From positions 420,001 through 452,000 of the forward strand of contig NC_000962.3 in assembly GCF_000195955.2 (NCBI RefSeq): DNA of 32,000 bases. The letters are read 5' to 3'. A program made the translations under genes and the position numbers. The stretch is from Mycobacterium tuberculosis H37Rv (GTDB taxonomy: Bacteria > Actinomycetota > Actinomycetes > Mycobacteriales > Mycobacteriaceae). The notes below the pieces were generated by a model. The model was not told where the DNA came from. It was given only the letters and a program-made list of their open reading frames with translations, and did no database searches. This document shows, piece by piece, positions 1 to 10,700 of the stretch; within the stretch, counting starts at the first letter, position 1, and each line of letters begins with the position of its first letter.

Positions 1-2
1 AC

Positions 3-1712
3 CAGGCAGTGACCAACGTCGATCGCACCGTGCGCTCGGTCAAGCGACACATGGGCAGCGACTGGTCCATAGAGATTGACGGCAAGAAATACACCGCGCC
101 GGAGATCAGCGCCCGCATTCTGATGAAGCTGAAGCGCGACGCCGAGGCCTACCTCGGTGAGGACATTACCGACGCGGTTATCACGACGCCCGCCTACTTC
201 AATGACGCCCAGCGTCAGGCCACCAAGGACGCCGGCCAGATCGCCGGCCTCAACGTGCTGCGGATCGTCAACGAGCCGACCGCGGCCGCGCTGGCCTACG
301 GCCTCGACAAGGGCGAGAAGGAGCAGCGAATCCTGGTCTTCGACTTGGGTGGTGGCACTTTCGACGTTTCCCTGCTGGAGATCGGCGAGGGTGTGGTTGA
401 GGTCCGTGCCACTTCGGGTGACAACCACCTCGGCGGCGACGACTGGGACCAGCGGGTCGTCGATTGGCTGGTGGACAAGTTCAAGGGCACCAGCGGCATC
501 GATCTGACCAAGGACAAGATGGCGATGCAGCGGCTGCGGGAAGCCGCCGAGAAGGCAAAGATCGAGCTGAGTTCGAGTCAGTCCACCTCGATCAACCTGC
601 CCTACATCACCGTCGACGCCGACAAGAACCCGTTGTTCTTAGACGAGCAGCTGACCCGCGCGGAGTTCCAACGGATCACTCAGGACCTGCTGGACCGCAC
701 TCGCAAGCCGTTCCAGTCGGTGATCGCTGACACCGGCATTTCGGTGTCGGAGATCGATCACGTTGTGCTCGTGGGTGGTTCGACCCGGATGCCCGCGGTG
801 ACCGATCTGGTCAAGGAACTCACCGGCGGCAAGGAACCCAACAAGGGCGTCAACCCCGATGAGGTTGTCGCGGTGGGAGCCGCTCTGCAGGCCGGCGTCC
901 TCAAGGGCGAGGTGAAAGACGTTCTGCTGCTTGATGTTACCCCGCTGAGCCTGGGTATCGAGACCAAGGGCGGGGTGATGACCAGGCTCATCGAGCGCAA
1001 CACCACGATCCCCACCAAGCGGTCGGAGACTTTCACCACCGCCGACGACAACCAACCGTCGGTGCAGATCCAGGTCTATCAGGGGGAGCGTGAGATCGCC
1101 GCGCACAACAAGTTGCTCGGGTCCTTCGAGCTGACCGGCATCCCGCCGGCGCCGCGGGGGATTCCGCAGATCGAGGTCACTTTCGACATCGACGCCAACG
1201 GCATTGTGCACGTCACCGCCAAGGACAAGGGCACCGGCAAGGAGAACACGATCCGAATCCAGGAAGGCTCGGGCCTGTCCAAGGAAGACATTGACCGCAT
1301 GATCAAGGACGCCGAAGCGCACGCCGAGGAGGATCGCAAGCGTCGCGAGGAGGCCGATGTTCGTAATCAAGCCGAGACATTGGTCTACCAGACGGAGAAG
1401 TTCGTCAAAGAACAGCGTGAGGCCGAGGGTGGTTCGAAGGTACCTGAAGACACGCTGAACAAGGTTGATGCCGCGGTGGCGGAAGCGAAGGCGGCACTTG
1501 GCGGATCGGATATTTCGGCCATCAAGTCGGCGATGGAGAAGCTGGGCCAGGAGTCGCAGGCTCTGGGGCAAGCGATCTACGAAGCAGCTCAGGCTGCGTC
1601 ACAGGCCACTGGCGCTGCCCACCCCGGCGGCGAGCCGGGCGGTGCCCACCCCGGCTCGGCTGATGACGTTGTGGACGCGGAGGTGGTCGACGACGGCCGG
1701 GAGGCCAAGTGA
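3..1712 (+). CDS. dnaK: Chaperone DnaK (Hsp70), 5' end truncated by the window edge
   Basis: Open in frame from base 3. Contains Hsp70 signatures [17 protein letters not shown] and [13 protein letters not shown] and the C-terminal lid, ending [16 protein letters not shown]. Confidence 0.99.
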
Positions 1713-2416
1713 CGGACGGAAATCAAAAGCCGGATGGCAATTCGGGCGAACAGGTAACCGTCACTGACAAGCGGCGGATCGATCCCGAGACGGGTGAAGT
1801 GCGGCACGTCCCTCCCGGCGACATGCCGGGAGGGACGGCTGCGGCCGATGCGGCGCACACCGAAGACAAGGTCGCCGAGCTGACCGCCGATCTGCAACGC
1901 GTGCAGGCCGACTTCGCCAACTACCGTAAGCGGGCGTTGCGCGATCAGCAGGCGGCCGCTGACCGAGCCAAGGCCAGCGTTGTCAGCCAATTGCTGGGTG
2001 TACTGGACGATCTCGAGCGGGCGCGCAAGCACGGCGATTTGGAGTCGGGTCCACTGAAGTCGGTCGCCGACAAGCTAGACAGCGCGTTGACCGGGCTGGG
2101 TCTGGTGGCGTTCGGTGCCGAGGGCGAGGATTTCGACCCCGTGCTGCACGAAGCGGTGCAACACGAGGGCGACGGCGGGCAGGGGTCCAAGCCGGTAATC
2201 GGCACCGTCATGCGGCAGGGCTACCAACTGGGTGAGCAGGTGCTGCGGCACGCCTTGGTCGGCGTCGTCGACACGGTGGTCGTCGACGCGGCCGAACTGG
2301 AGTCAGTCGACGACGGCACTGCGGTCGCAGATACCGCCGAAAACGATCAAGCTGACCAGGGCAATAGCGCCGACACCTCGGGCGAACAGGCAGAATCAGA
2401 ACCGTCGGGCAGTTAA
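1709..2416 (+). CDS. grpE: Nucleotide exchange factor GrpE
   Basis: 235 aa with GrpE core ([57 protein letters not shown]). The GTG start overlaps the dnaK stop by 4 bp. Confidence 0.98.
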
Positions 2417-2451
2417 CAACAAAAGAGGAAGGCGAGAGGGGGTGACGCGAC

Positions 2452-3639
2452 ATGGCCCAAAGGGAATGGGTCGAAAAAGACTTCTACCAGGAGCTGGGCG
2501 TCTCCTCTGATGCCAGTCCTGAAGAGATCAAACGTGCCTATCGGAAGTTGGCGCGCGACCTGCATCCGGACGCGAACCCGGGCAACCCGGCCGCCGGCGA
2601 ACGGTTCAAGGCGGTTTCGGAGGCGCATAACGTGCTGTCGGATCCGGCCAAGCGCAAGGAGTACGACGAAACCCGCCGCCTGTTCGCCGGCGGCGGGTTC
2701 GGCGGCCGTCGGTTCGACAGCGGCTTTGGGGGCGGGTTCGGCGGTTTCGGGGTCGGTGGAGACGGCGCCGAGTTCAACCTCAACGACTTGTTCGACGCCG
2801 CCAGCCGAACCGGCGGTACCACCATCGGTGACTTGTTCGGTGGCTTGTTCGGACGCGGTGGCAGCGCCCGTCCCAGCCGCCCGCGACGCGGCAACGACCT
2901 GGAGACCGAGACCGAGTTGGATTTCGTGGAGGCCGCCAAGGGCGTGGCGATGCCGCTGCGATTAACCAGCCCGGCGCCGTGCACCAACTGCCATGGCAGC
3001 GGGGCCCGGCCAGGCACCAGCCCAAAGGTGTGTCCCACTTGCAACGGGTCGGGCGTGATCAACCGCAATCAGGGCGCGTTCGGCTTCTCCGAGCCGTGCA
3101 CCGACTGCCGAGGTAGCGGCTCGATCATCGAGCACCCCTGCGAGGAGTGCAAAGGCACCGGCGTGACCACCCGCACCCGAACCATCAACGTGCGGATCCC
3201 GCCCGGTGTCGAGGATGGGCAGCGCATCCGGCTAGCCGGTCAGGGCGAGGCCGGGTTGCGCGGCGCTCCCTCGGGGGATCTCTACGTGACGGTGCATGTG
3301 CGGCCCGACAAGATCTTCGGCCGCGACGGCGACGACCTCACCGTCACCGTTCCGGTCAGCTTCACCGAATTGGCTTTGGGCTCGACGCTGTCGGTGCCTA
3401 CCCTGGACGGCACGGTCGGGGTCCGGGTGCCCAAAGGCACCGCTGACGGCCGCATTCTGCGTGTGCGCGGACGCGGTGTGCCCAAGCGCAGTGGGGGTAG
3501 CGGCGACCTACTTGTCACCGTGAAGGTGGCCGTGCCGCCCAATTTGGCAGGCGCCGCTCAGGAAGCTCTGGAAGCCTATGCGGCGGCGGAGCGGTCCAGT
3601 GGTTTCAACCCGCGGGCCGGATGGGCAGGTAATCGCTGA
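2452..3639 (+). CDS. dnaJ1: Chaperone DnaJ (type I, zinc-finger containing)
   Basis: 395 aa with a J-domain ([34 protein letters not shown]), a G/F-rich region and four CxxCxGxG motifs ([32 protein letters not shown]). Confidence 0.98.
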   Translation: MAQREWVEKDFYQELGVSSDASPEEIKRAYRKLARDLHPDANPGNPAAGERFKAVSEAHNVLSDPAKRKEYDETRRLFAGGGFGGRRFDSGFGGGFGGFGVGGDGAEFNLNDLFDAASRTGGTTIGDLFGGLFGRGGSARPSRPRRGNDLETETELDFVEAAKGVAMPLRLTSPAPCTNCHGSGARPGTSPKVCPTCNGSGVINRNQGAFGFSEPCTDCRGSGSIIEHPCEECKGTGVTTRTRTINVRIPPGVEDGQRIRLAGQGEAGLRGAPSGDLYVTVHVRPDKIFGRDGDDLTVTVPVSFTELALGSTLSVPTLDGTVGVRVPKGTADGRILRVRGRGVPKRSGGSGDLLVTVKVAVPPNLAGAAQEALEAYAAAERSSGFNPRAGWAGNR

Positions 3640-4019
3640 TGGCGAAGAACCCAAAGGACGGGGAATCCCGGACGTTTTTGATCTCGGTAGCCGCCGAGCT
3701 AGCCGGCATGCATGCACAGACCCTGCGTACCTACGATCGTCTTGGGTTGGTCAGCCCGCGGCGCACCTCCGGTGGCGGGCGCCGCTATTCCCTGCATGAC
3801 GTCGAGTTGCTGCGCCAGGTGCAGCACCTCTCGCAGGACGAGGGGGTCAACTTGGCCGGCATCAAGCGCATTATTGAACTGACCAGTCAGGTCGAGGCGC
3901 TGCAGTCCAGGTTGCAAGAGATGGCTGAGGAGTTGGCGGTGTTGCGTGCCAACCAGCGCCGCGAGGTCGCGGTGGTGCCGAAGAGCACCGCCCTGGTCGT
4001 CTGGAAACCGCGCCGGTGA
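3639..4019 (+). CDS. hspR: Heat shock repressor HspR (MerR family)
   Basis: 126 aa MerR-like DNA-binding region (AGMHAQTLRTYDRLGLVSPRRTSGGGRRYSLHDVELLRQVQHLSQDEGVNLAGIKRIIEL). Immediately downstream of dnaJ1 with a 1-bp overlap. Confidence 0.97.
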   Translation: MAKNPKDGESRTFLISVAAELAGMHAQTLRTYDRLGLVSPRRTSGGGRRYSLHDVELLRQVQHLSQDEGVNLAGIKRIIELTSQVEALQSRLQEMAEELAVLRANQRREVAVVPKSTALVVWKPRR

Positions 4020-4143
4020 GCGAGCGCGCGTAGCGGGGGAGCGAACGGCGCAGTTGGCACCAGCCGGTGAGCGAGCGCGCGTAGCGGGGGAGCGAACGGC
4101 GCAGTTGGCACCAGCCGGTGAGCGAGCGCGCGTAGCGGGGGAG
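4012..4143. repeat. 51-bp tandem repeat (VNTR), about 2.6 copies: 4012-4062, 4063-4113, 4114-4143 partial. Matches the known VNTR 0424 / Mtub04 typing locus by position.
   Basis: Unit gccggtgagcgagcgcgcgtagcgggggagcgaacggcgcagttggcacca read directly; copies 1 and 2 are identical and copy 3 matches for 30 nt. Locus name is from background knowledge and the inferred coordinate offset. Confidence 0.93.
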
Positions 4144-4320
4144 TTAGGGTCCGCTACCGTTGTTGAGGATGCCGGAGAGTCGGGCTCCGTGGTTGCCGAA
4201 GCCGGAGATAAGGGCTTGGGTCGCGAGGTCCAGCATGCTCGTGTTGTAGAAACCGGAGACGGTATTGCCTAGGTTCGCCCAGCCCGACAGCAGGTTGCCG
4301 AAGTTTTGGAAGCCCGAATT
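4144..4320 (-). pseudogene. Out-of-frame C-terminal tail of the ancestral PPE8/PPE7 MPTR ORF
   Basis: Minus-strand frame encodes [58 protein letters not shown], closely matching MPTR module segments inside PPE8 (for example [23 protein letters not shown]). Confidence 0.8.
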
Positions 4321-4694
4321 CCTACGCCGCCAGCATTGAAGAAGCCCGAAGTCTCGGTGAAGACGTTTCCCAGGCCCGACACGGCGGCTGCGGCGTCGTT
4401 GAGGAAGCCCGATGCGCCACCGGCGCCGGAGTTGAAGAAGCCCGACGACGGGGTTGTGGTCGAGTTGAAGAATCCCGGGCTCTGCTGCCAGCCGAAGCCG
4501 AAGGGGAACGCGCCCACGGTGCCGCTGCCGGCGAAATCGAGGGTTTGGGTGAAAGCCGTGTCGATGGGCTGGTCGGGGTTGATCGTGCTGGCATCGATTT
4601 CGTAGGGGCCGAGATGTTCGGTGGTGATGGGTATGGTGACCGAGACATGCTTTACACACCCCTTGAAAGGGATGTAGATCACGCAGACCGACAC
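4269..4694 (-). CDS. PPE7: PPE-family MPTR protein fragment (PPE7). Lacks an N-terminal PPE domain; probably the disrupted 3' part of the adjacent PPE8 ORF.
   Basis: Frame encodes [57 protein letters not shown]. No PPE start domain. ORF track gives 4269..4700 with a TTG start; the GTG at 4694 is an alternative. Confidence 0.7.
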   Translation of the reverse strand: MSVCVIYIPFKGCVKHVSVTIPITTEHLGPYEIDASTINPDQPIDTAFTQTLDFAGSGTVGAFPFGFGWQQSPGFFNSTTTPSSGFFNSGAGGASGFLNDAAAAVSGLGNVFTETSGFFNAGGVGIRASKTSATCCRAGRT

Positions 4695-4776
4695 CCGCAA
4701 CTTGATGGGTATTTCGAATTCGTCAATAGTGAACGCGTCCTGGGTGATGGCGTTGATGTCGCCCTCGATGGGTATT

Positions 4777-7700
4777 TCAATGTTGGAACCTGTCGTAGCT
4801 CCACGGGATTTCGGAAACGGCGCTCTGGTAGGCGAAACCGCCTAGGCCCTGGTAGTCGCCCCGCCAGAAGAAGCCGTTGCTGTAGTTGCCCGAATTGAAG
4901 GCGCCGGTGTTGACATCGCCGGAGTTGGCGATGCCGGTGTTGGAGTTGCCCGGGTTGAAGTAGCCGGTGTTGTAGTTACCGGGGTTGAAGCCGCCGGTGT
5001 TGTAGTCGCCGGGGTTGAAGCTGCCGGTGTTGGTGTTCCCGGCGTTGAATAGGCCGGTGTTGTAGTCACCGGAGTTGCCAATGCCGGTGTTGACCAGGCC
5101 GGTGTTGAAGAAGCCGGAGTTGGTGCTGCCGGTGTTGCCGATGCCGGTGTTGTAGTCACCGGAGTTTCCGATGCCCCAGTTGCCGGTGCCGGAGTTGCCG
5201 AAGCCGATGTTGCCGGTGCCGGAGTTGAATAGCCCGATGTTGCCGGTGCCCGAGTTCCAGCCGCCGAACCCGGTCATGGTGTCGCCGGTCAGCCCGATGC
5301 CGATGTTTCCGTTTCCGGTGTTGCCGAAGCCGATGTTGCCGGTGCCGGTATTGCCGATGCCGATGTTTCCGTTTCCGGTGTTGCCGAAGCCGATGTTGCC
5401 GATGGCCGCCGTCAGCCCCGGACCGACGTTGCCGAACCCGATGTTGGAGCTGCCGATGTTGGCGCTGCCCAGGTTGAAGTCGCCGATGTTGGCGCTGCCC
5501 AGGTTGAAGTCGCCGATGTTGGCGCTGCCCAGGTTGTAGACGCCGATGTTGGCGCTGCCCAGGTTGTAGTTGCCGATGTTTGCGCTACCCAGATTCCAGA
5601 ACCCGAGGTTGGCCAAGCCCACGCTGAAGGTCGTCTCGGTCGGGCCGTTCTGCAACCACCCAGCCAGGTTGGTGCCGATGTTGAGCAAGCCCGAGACATT
5701 TGCCGGTGCTCCCAAGCCGGTGTTGTAGATGCCCGAGATGCTGTTGCCCAAATTCGCCCAGCCCGACTGCAGCGACCCATAGTTTTGGAAGCCCGAATTT
5801 CCCATGCTGCTAGTGGCGAAGTTGTAGAGGCCCGAGTTGTTGCCGAAGTTCAGCAAGCCCGATGCGCTGCCAGCACCCCAGTTGAGGAAGCCCGACGACG
5901 GGCCGGTGGTGGCGTTGAAGAAGCCGGGCGCTGGCCGCAAGTCGATGATCGGAATGCTGATCGGGCCGGCGCCGGCGCCGCCCACGATGTTGATCACGGT
6001 GGAGCCGTCGGGCTTGCCGATGTTGAGGTTGATCGCCGGCGAGGGGCCGAAGTCAATTTCGATGGGTGTGTCCAGCGGGGCCGACGCGTCCCCGCCATGC
6101 AGGGTGATCGGACCGACCGGGGCCAAGACGGTGCCACTGAGGATGCCTATGTCGACGCTTCCGCTGGCGTCGATTCTGGGGAACGTAATGGCGGGGATGG
6201 AGACATTGGTGATGTCGCCGGTGATGGGGATGTTGACCGGGATGTCGACATTGAGGAACGCGGCAGGTCGCTCGATGGTGATGGTGTAGTTGGCCGCCAG
6301 CAGGCCCTGCCGGTCGGCGCGCCAGAGCAAGCCGTTGTTCATGCTGCCGGTGATGAACGCGCCGGTGCCGTAGTCTCCGGCGTTTGCCATGCCGGTGTTG
6401 TAGCTACCGGTGTTGTAGGAGCCGGTGTTGTAGTGGCCCGGGTTGGCGATGCCGGTGTTGAAGGTGCCGATGTTGAACAGGCCGGTGTTGTGGTTGCCCG
6501 GGTTGGCGATGCCGGTGTTGACCAGGCCCGCGTTGAGCAAGCCGGTGTTGTAGTTGCCGCTGTTTCCGATGCCGGTGTTGCCGGTGCCGGTGTTGCCGAT
6601 GCCGACGTTGCCGGTGCCCGAGTTGCCGATGCCGACATTGCCGGTGCCCGAGTTAAACAAGCCGATGTTGAAACTGCCCGAGTTGGTGCCGCCGATGCCC
6701 ACCTGGCTGTCGCCGGATAGGCCGACGCCGAAGCCGCCGGTGCCCATGTTGCCGATGCCGACGTTGCCGGTGCCCGAGTTGAACAAGCCGGTGTTGCCGG
6801 TGCCGGAGTTGAACAAGCCGGTGTTGGCGGTGCCGGAGTTGAAGAAACCGGTGTTGCCGGCGCCGGAGTTCAGGGAGCTGAAGCCGGACAAGCCGTCGCC
6901 GGTCAGCCCGATGCCGACGTTGTTGTTGCCGGTGTTGAACAAGCCGATGTTGTTGTTGCCGGTGTTGGCAATGCCCTGGTTGAAGTTGCCCGCGTTGGCC
7001 ATGCCAAAGTTGTTGTCGCCCAGGTTGAACAGGCCCATGTTGGCGATGCCGGCGTTCAGCGGGCCGAACCCGATCTGGTTGTCGCCGGACAGGCCGATGC
7101 CGATGTTGTTGTTGCCGGTGTTGCCGAAGCCGATGTTGTAGTTACCGGTGTTGCCGACACCGATGTTGTAGTTGCCGGTGTTGCCGATACCGATGTTGTT
7201 GACAGCCGCCGTTAGCCCCGGACCGGTGTTTGCGATCCCGACGTTAAAGTCGCCGATGTTTGCGCCGCCGATGTTCGCGTTGCCAATGTTGCCGAAGCCG
7301 ACGTTTGAATTGCCGAGGTTTGCACTGCCGAGGTTTGCACTGCCGAGGTTTGCACTGCCGAGGTTTGCACTGCCCACGTTGAATTGGCCGAGGTTTGCCA
7401 GGCCCGCGTTGAAGGTCGACCCGTTCGGGCCGCGGAGCACGCCGGTCAGGTCGGCGCCGACGTTGGAGAGTCCCGAGAGGTTAGCCGGCGTCGCGAAGTC
7501 CGCCGCACTGGTGTTGTAGAAGCCCGAGACGGTGTTGCCCAAGTTCGCCCAGCCGGATTGCAGCGAGCCGAAGTTCTGCAAGCCAGAGTTTCCTATGCCG
7601 GCGAAAGCGGTGTTCCAGAAGCCCGAATTGTTGGCGCCGACGTTTCCGAATCCAGACGAGCTGCCGGTGCCGGAGTTGAAGAAGCCCGATGAGGGGCCGG

Positions 7701-10700
7701 TGGTCGAGTTTCCGAAACCGGGGGCCGGCGGGATGTCCAGTAGCGGGATGACGACCGGGCCGGCGCCGCTGGTGATCGTGATGGGTATCGAGGATGAACC
7801 GCCGGGGTCGCCGATGTTGATATCGATCACCGGTAAGGTGCCGGCGATCCTCGGAACGATGATGGGTCCGACGCTGAAGTGGGTGACCCCGAGGGCGCGG
7901 AGGGTGATAGCCGGAATCTGGAAGCCGTTGACGGCAAGGGTACCGAAGTCGAGATGGATGGGGATGTTGACCGGAATGTTGAGGCTAAAGTTCAGTAGCG
8001 GGATCTGGGGAACAGTGATTGCGTAGTGTGCGCCCCACTGGCCTTGGTGATCGCTCTGCCAGAAGGCGCCGTTGCTGAAGTTGCCCCCGATGAAGGCGCC
8101 GGTGTTCACGTCGCCGGTGTTGTAGAAGCCGGTGTTGTAGTCGCCGGTGTTGTAGAAGCCGGTATTGAAGTCGCCGTCGTTGAAGCTGCCGGTGTTGGTG
8201 CTGCCGGTGTTGTAGCTGCCCGTGTTGGCGATGCCCACGTTGGCGATGCCGGTGTTGGTGCTGCCCACGTTGTAGCCACCGGTGTTGTAGGTGCCCACGT
8301 TGGCGACGCCCATATTGCCGGTGCCTGGGTTCCACAGGCCCCAGTTGCCGGTGCCCGAGTTCCCCAAGCCGGTGTTGCCGACACCCGGGTTGCCGATCCC
8401 GGTGTTTCCGATGCCCGAGTTGCCAATGCCGATGTTTCCGGTGCCCGAGTTGAACAAACCGATGTTGTTGGTGCCCGAGTTGAACAGGCCGGTGTTGGCG
8501 GTACCGGAGTTCCAGGAGCCGAACCCCTGTTGATTGTGGCCGGACAGCCCGATACCGATGTTGTTGTTGCCGGTGTTGGCAAACCCGATGTTGTTGCTGC
8601 CGCTGTTGGCGAAGCCCAGGTTGAAATCGCCGGCGTTGCCGAATCCGAAGTTGTAGCTGCCCAGGTTGCCTAGGCCGATGTTGTAGTTACCCAGGTTCGC
8701 CGGGCCGATATTGTATGAGCCCCGGTTTCCGGAGAAGACGTTGAAGCTGCCGATGTTGCCATGGCCGACGTTCGCGTTGCCGAGGTTTCCGAGGCCGACG
8801 TTGGAGTCGCCGATATTGCCGTGGCCGACATTCCCGCTGCCTACGTTGCCAAACCCGAGGTTGAGGATCTGGGTGTTGTTGACGAAGCCGGCGACCGTAG
8901 CACCGACATTCCCTCCGCCGGAGAGATTGGCCGGCATCGAAAGCCCAAGCGTGCTCGCATTGACAAGGCCGGAGACAGTGTTACCGAAGTTGAACCCGCC
9001 GGAGATCAGCTCGCCGAAGTTCTGGACGCCCGAGATTCCCGAGCTTCCAGAGGTGAGGTTGAAGAAGCCGGAACTATTGCTGCCCACGTTGCCAACGCCC
9101 GACACGGTACCGGTACCGGCGTTGAAGAATCCCGACGACGGGGTGGTCGTCGAGTTCCCGAATCCCGGGGCCGCCGGTATATCGATGAGTGGAATCTTGA
9201 TCGGCAATAGACCGCCGGTGCCGGCGATATCGATCAGCGGGTCCGGCCCGCTACCCAGGTTGATGCCGATATTGGGAAGGACAATCGAGATGTTCGGGAA
9301 ACTGAATGCATCGAGTGTGGCGGCATTGAACGGTATGCCGATCAAGAAGATATCGCCGGTGATCTCCGGGAATCTGAAGCCATGAACGGTGAACGTGCCA
9401 AGTGTGCCGGTGACCGGGATATCGAGGAAGATCGGCACGTGCAGTTTCACCGGAACGGCGGTGTCGGGCACGGTGATCGTTTGGCTGATCCCCGCCAGGC
9501 CTTGGTAATCGCCCCGCCACCAGAACCCGTTGCTGTAATTGCCGGTGATGAAGCCGCCGGTGTTGACATCGCCCGAGTTGGCCAGTCCGGTGTTGTAGCT
9601 GCCGGTGTTCAAATAACCCGTGTTGTAGCTACCCGGGTTGAAGCCGGCCGTGTTGAAGCTGCCGGCGTTGAAGCTGCCGGTGTTGTAATGGCCGGTGTTG
9701 AAGATGCCGGTGTTGACGTTGCCGGCGTTGAGCAAGCCGGTGTTGACGTCGCCGGTGTTGAAGATGCCGGTGTTGGTGTCACCGGTGTTGGCGATGCCCC
9801 AGTTTCCGGTGCCCGAGTTGCCGATGCCGATGTTGCCGGTGCCCGAGTTGAACAAACCGATGTTGTTGGTGCCAGAGTTGAACAGGCCGCTGTTGCCGCT
9901 GCCGGAGTTCCAGCCACCGGCAAAATTGAAGCCCTGCTGGTTGTCGCCGGACAGGCCGATACCGATGTTGTTGTTGCCGGTGTTGGCAAACCCGATGTTG
10001 TTGTTGCCGGTGTTGGCGAAGCCCAGGTTGAAGTCGCCGGCGTTGCCGAATCCGAAGTTGTAGCTGCCCAGGTTGCCTAGGCCGATGTTGTAGTTACCCA
10101 GGTTCGCCGGGCCGATGTTGTATGAGCCCTGGTTTCCGCCGAAGACGTTGAAGCTGCCGAGGTTGCCGCTGCCGAGGTTGAAGCTGCCGATGTTCGCCAA
10201 GCCGGCGTTGCTGTCGCCTACGTTGGAGAAGCCGACGTTGAATTGGCCGATGTTTCCCAGGCCGAGGTTGAACATCGACATCCCGGTCGCCTGGTCGTGG
10301 AAGAACCCCGCGAGGTTGCTGCCGATGTTGAACATGCCCGAGACGTTGGCCGGTGCCCCGATGCCGGTGTTGAATACGCCCGAGACGGTATCGCCCAGGT
10401 TCGCCAGTCCCGATTGCAGCGAGCCGTAGTTGTTGAAGCCCGAGGTCGCGGAGTTCGCGACGTTCTGGAAGCCGGAAATGTTGGCGCCGATGTTGGCGAT
10501 GCCCGATACGGTTCCGGGGCCGCCGTTGAAGAAGCCCGAGGACGGATCGGTGGTGGCGTTGAAAAAGCCCGTGGTAGCCGCAATGTTGACGAACGTGACA
10601 TCGAAGGGACCGACGCTTGCGGTGGCCGGGATCCTGATCGCGGTCGAACCGCCAGGGTCGCCGATGTTGACCGTGATCGCGGGACCGGTCCCGGTGATGG

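Noticed and set aside
3-120. Search for HspR-associated inverted repeat (HAIR) operators
   Set aside because: The dnaK promoter lies upstream of the window, and I did not see a CTTGAGT-N7-ACTCAAG-like site elsewhere.
3946-4272. Plus-strand ORF with peptide repeat GERARVAGERTAQLAPA
   Set aside because: Produced because the 51-bp VNTR is a multiple of 3. No start signal or family; it overlaps hspR and the PPE7 tail.
5785-10080. Multiple plus-strand ORFs (5785-6720, 7172-7519, 8026-8673, 9382-10080 and others)
   Set aside because: All are frame shadows of the PPE8 repeats with no recognisable domain and overlap the supported minus-strand CDS.
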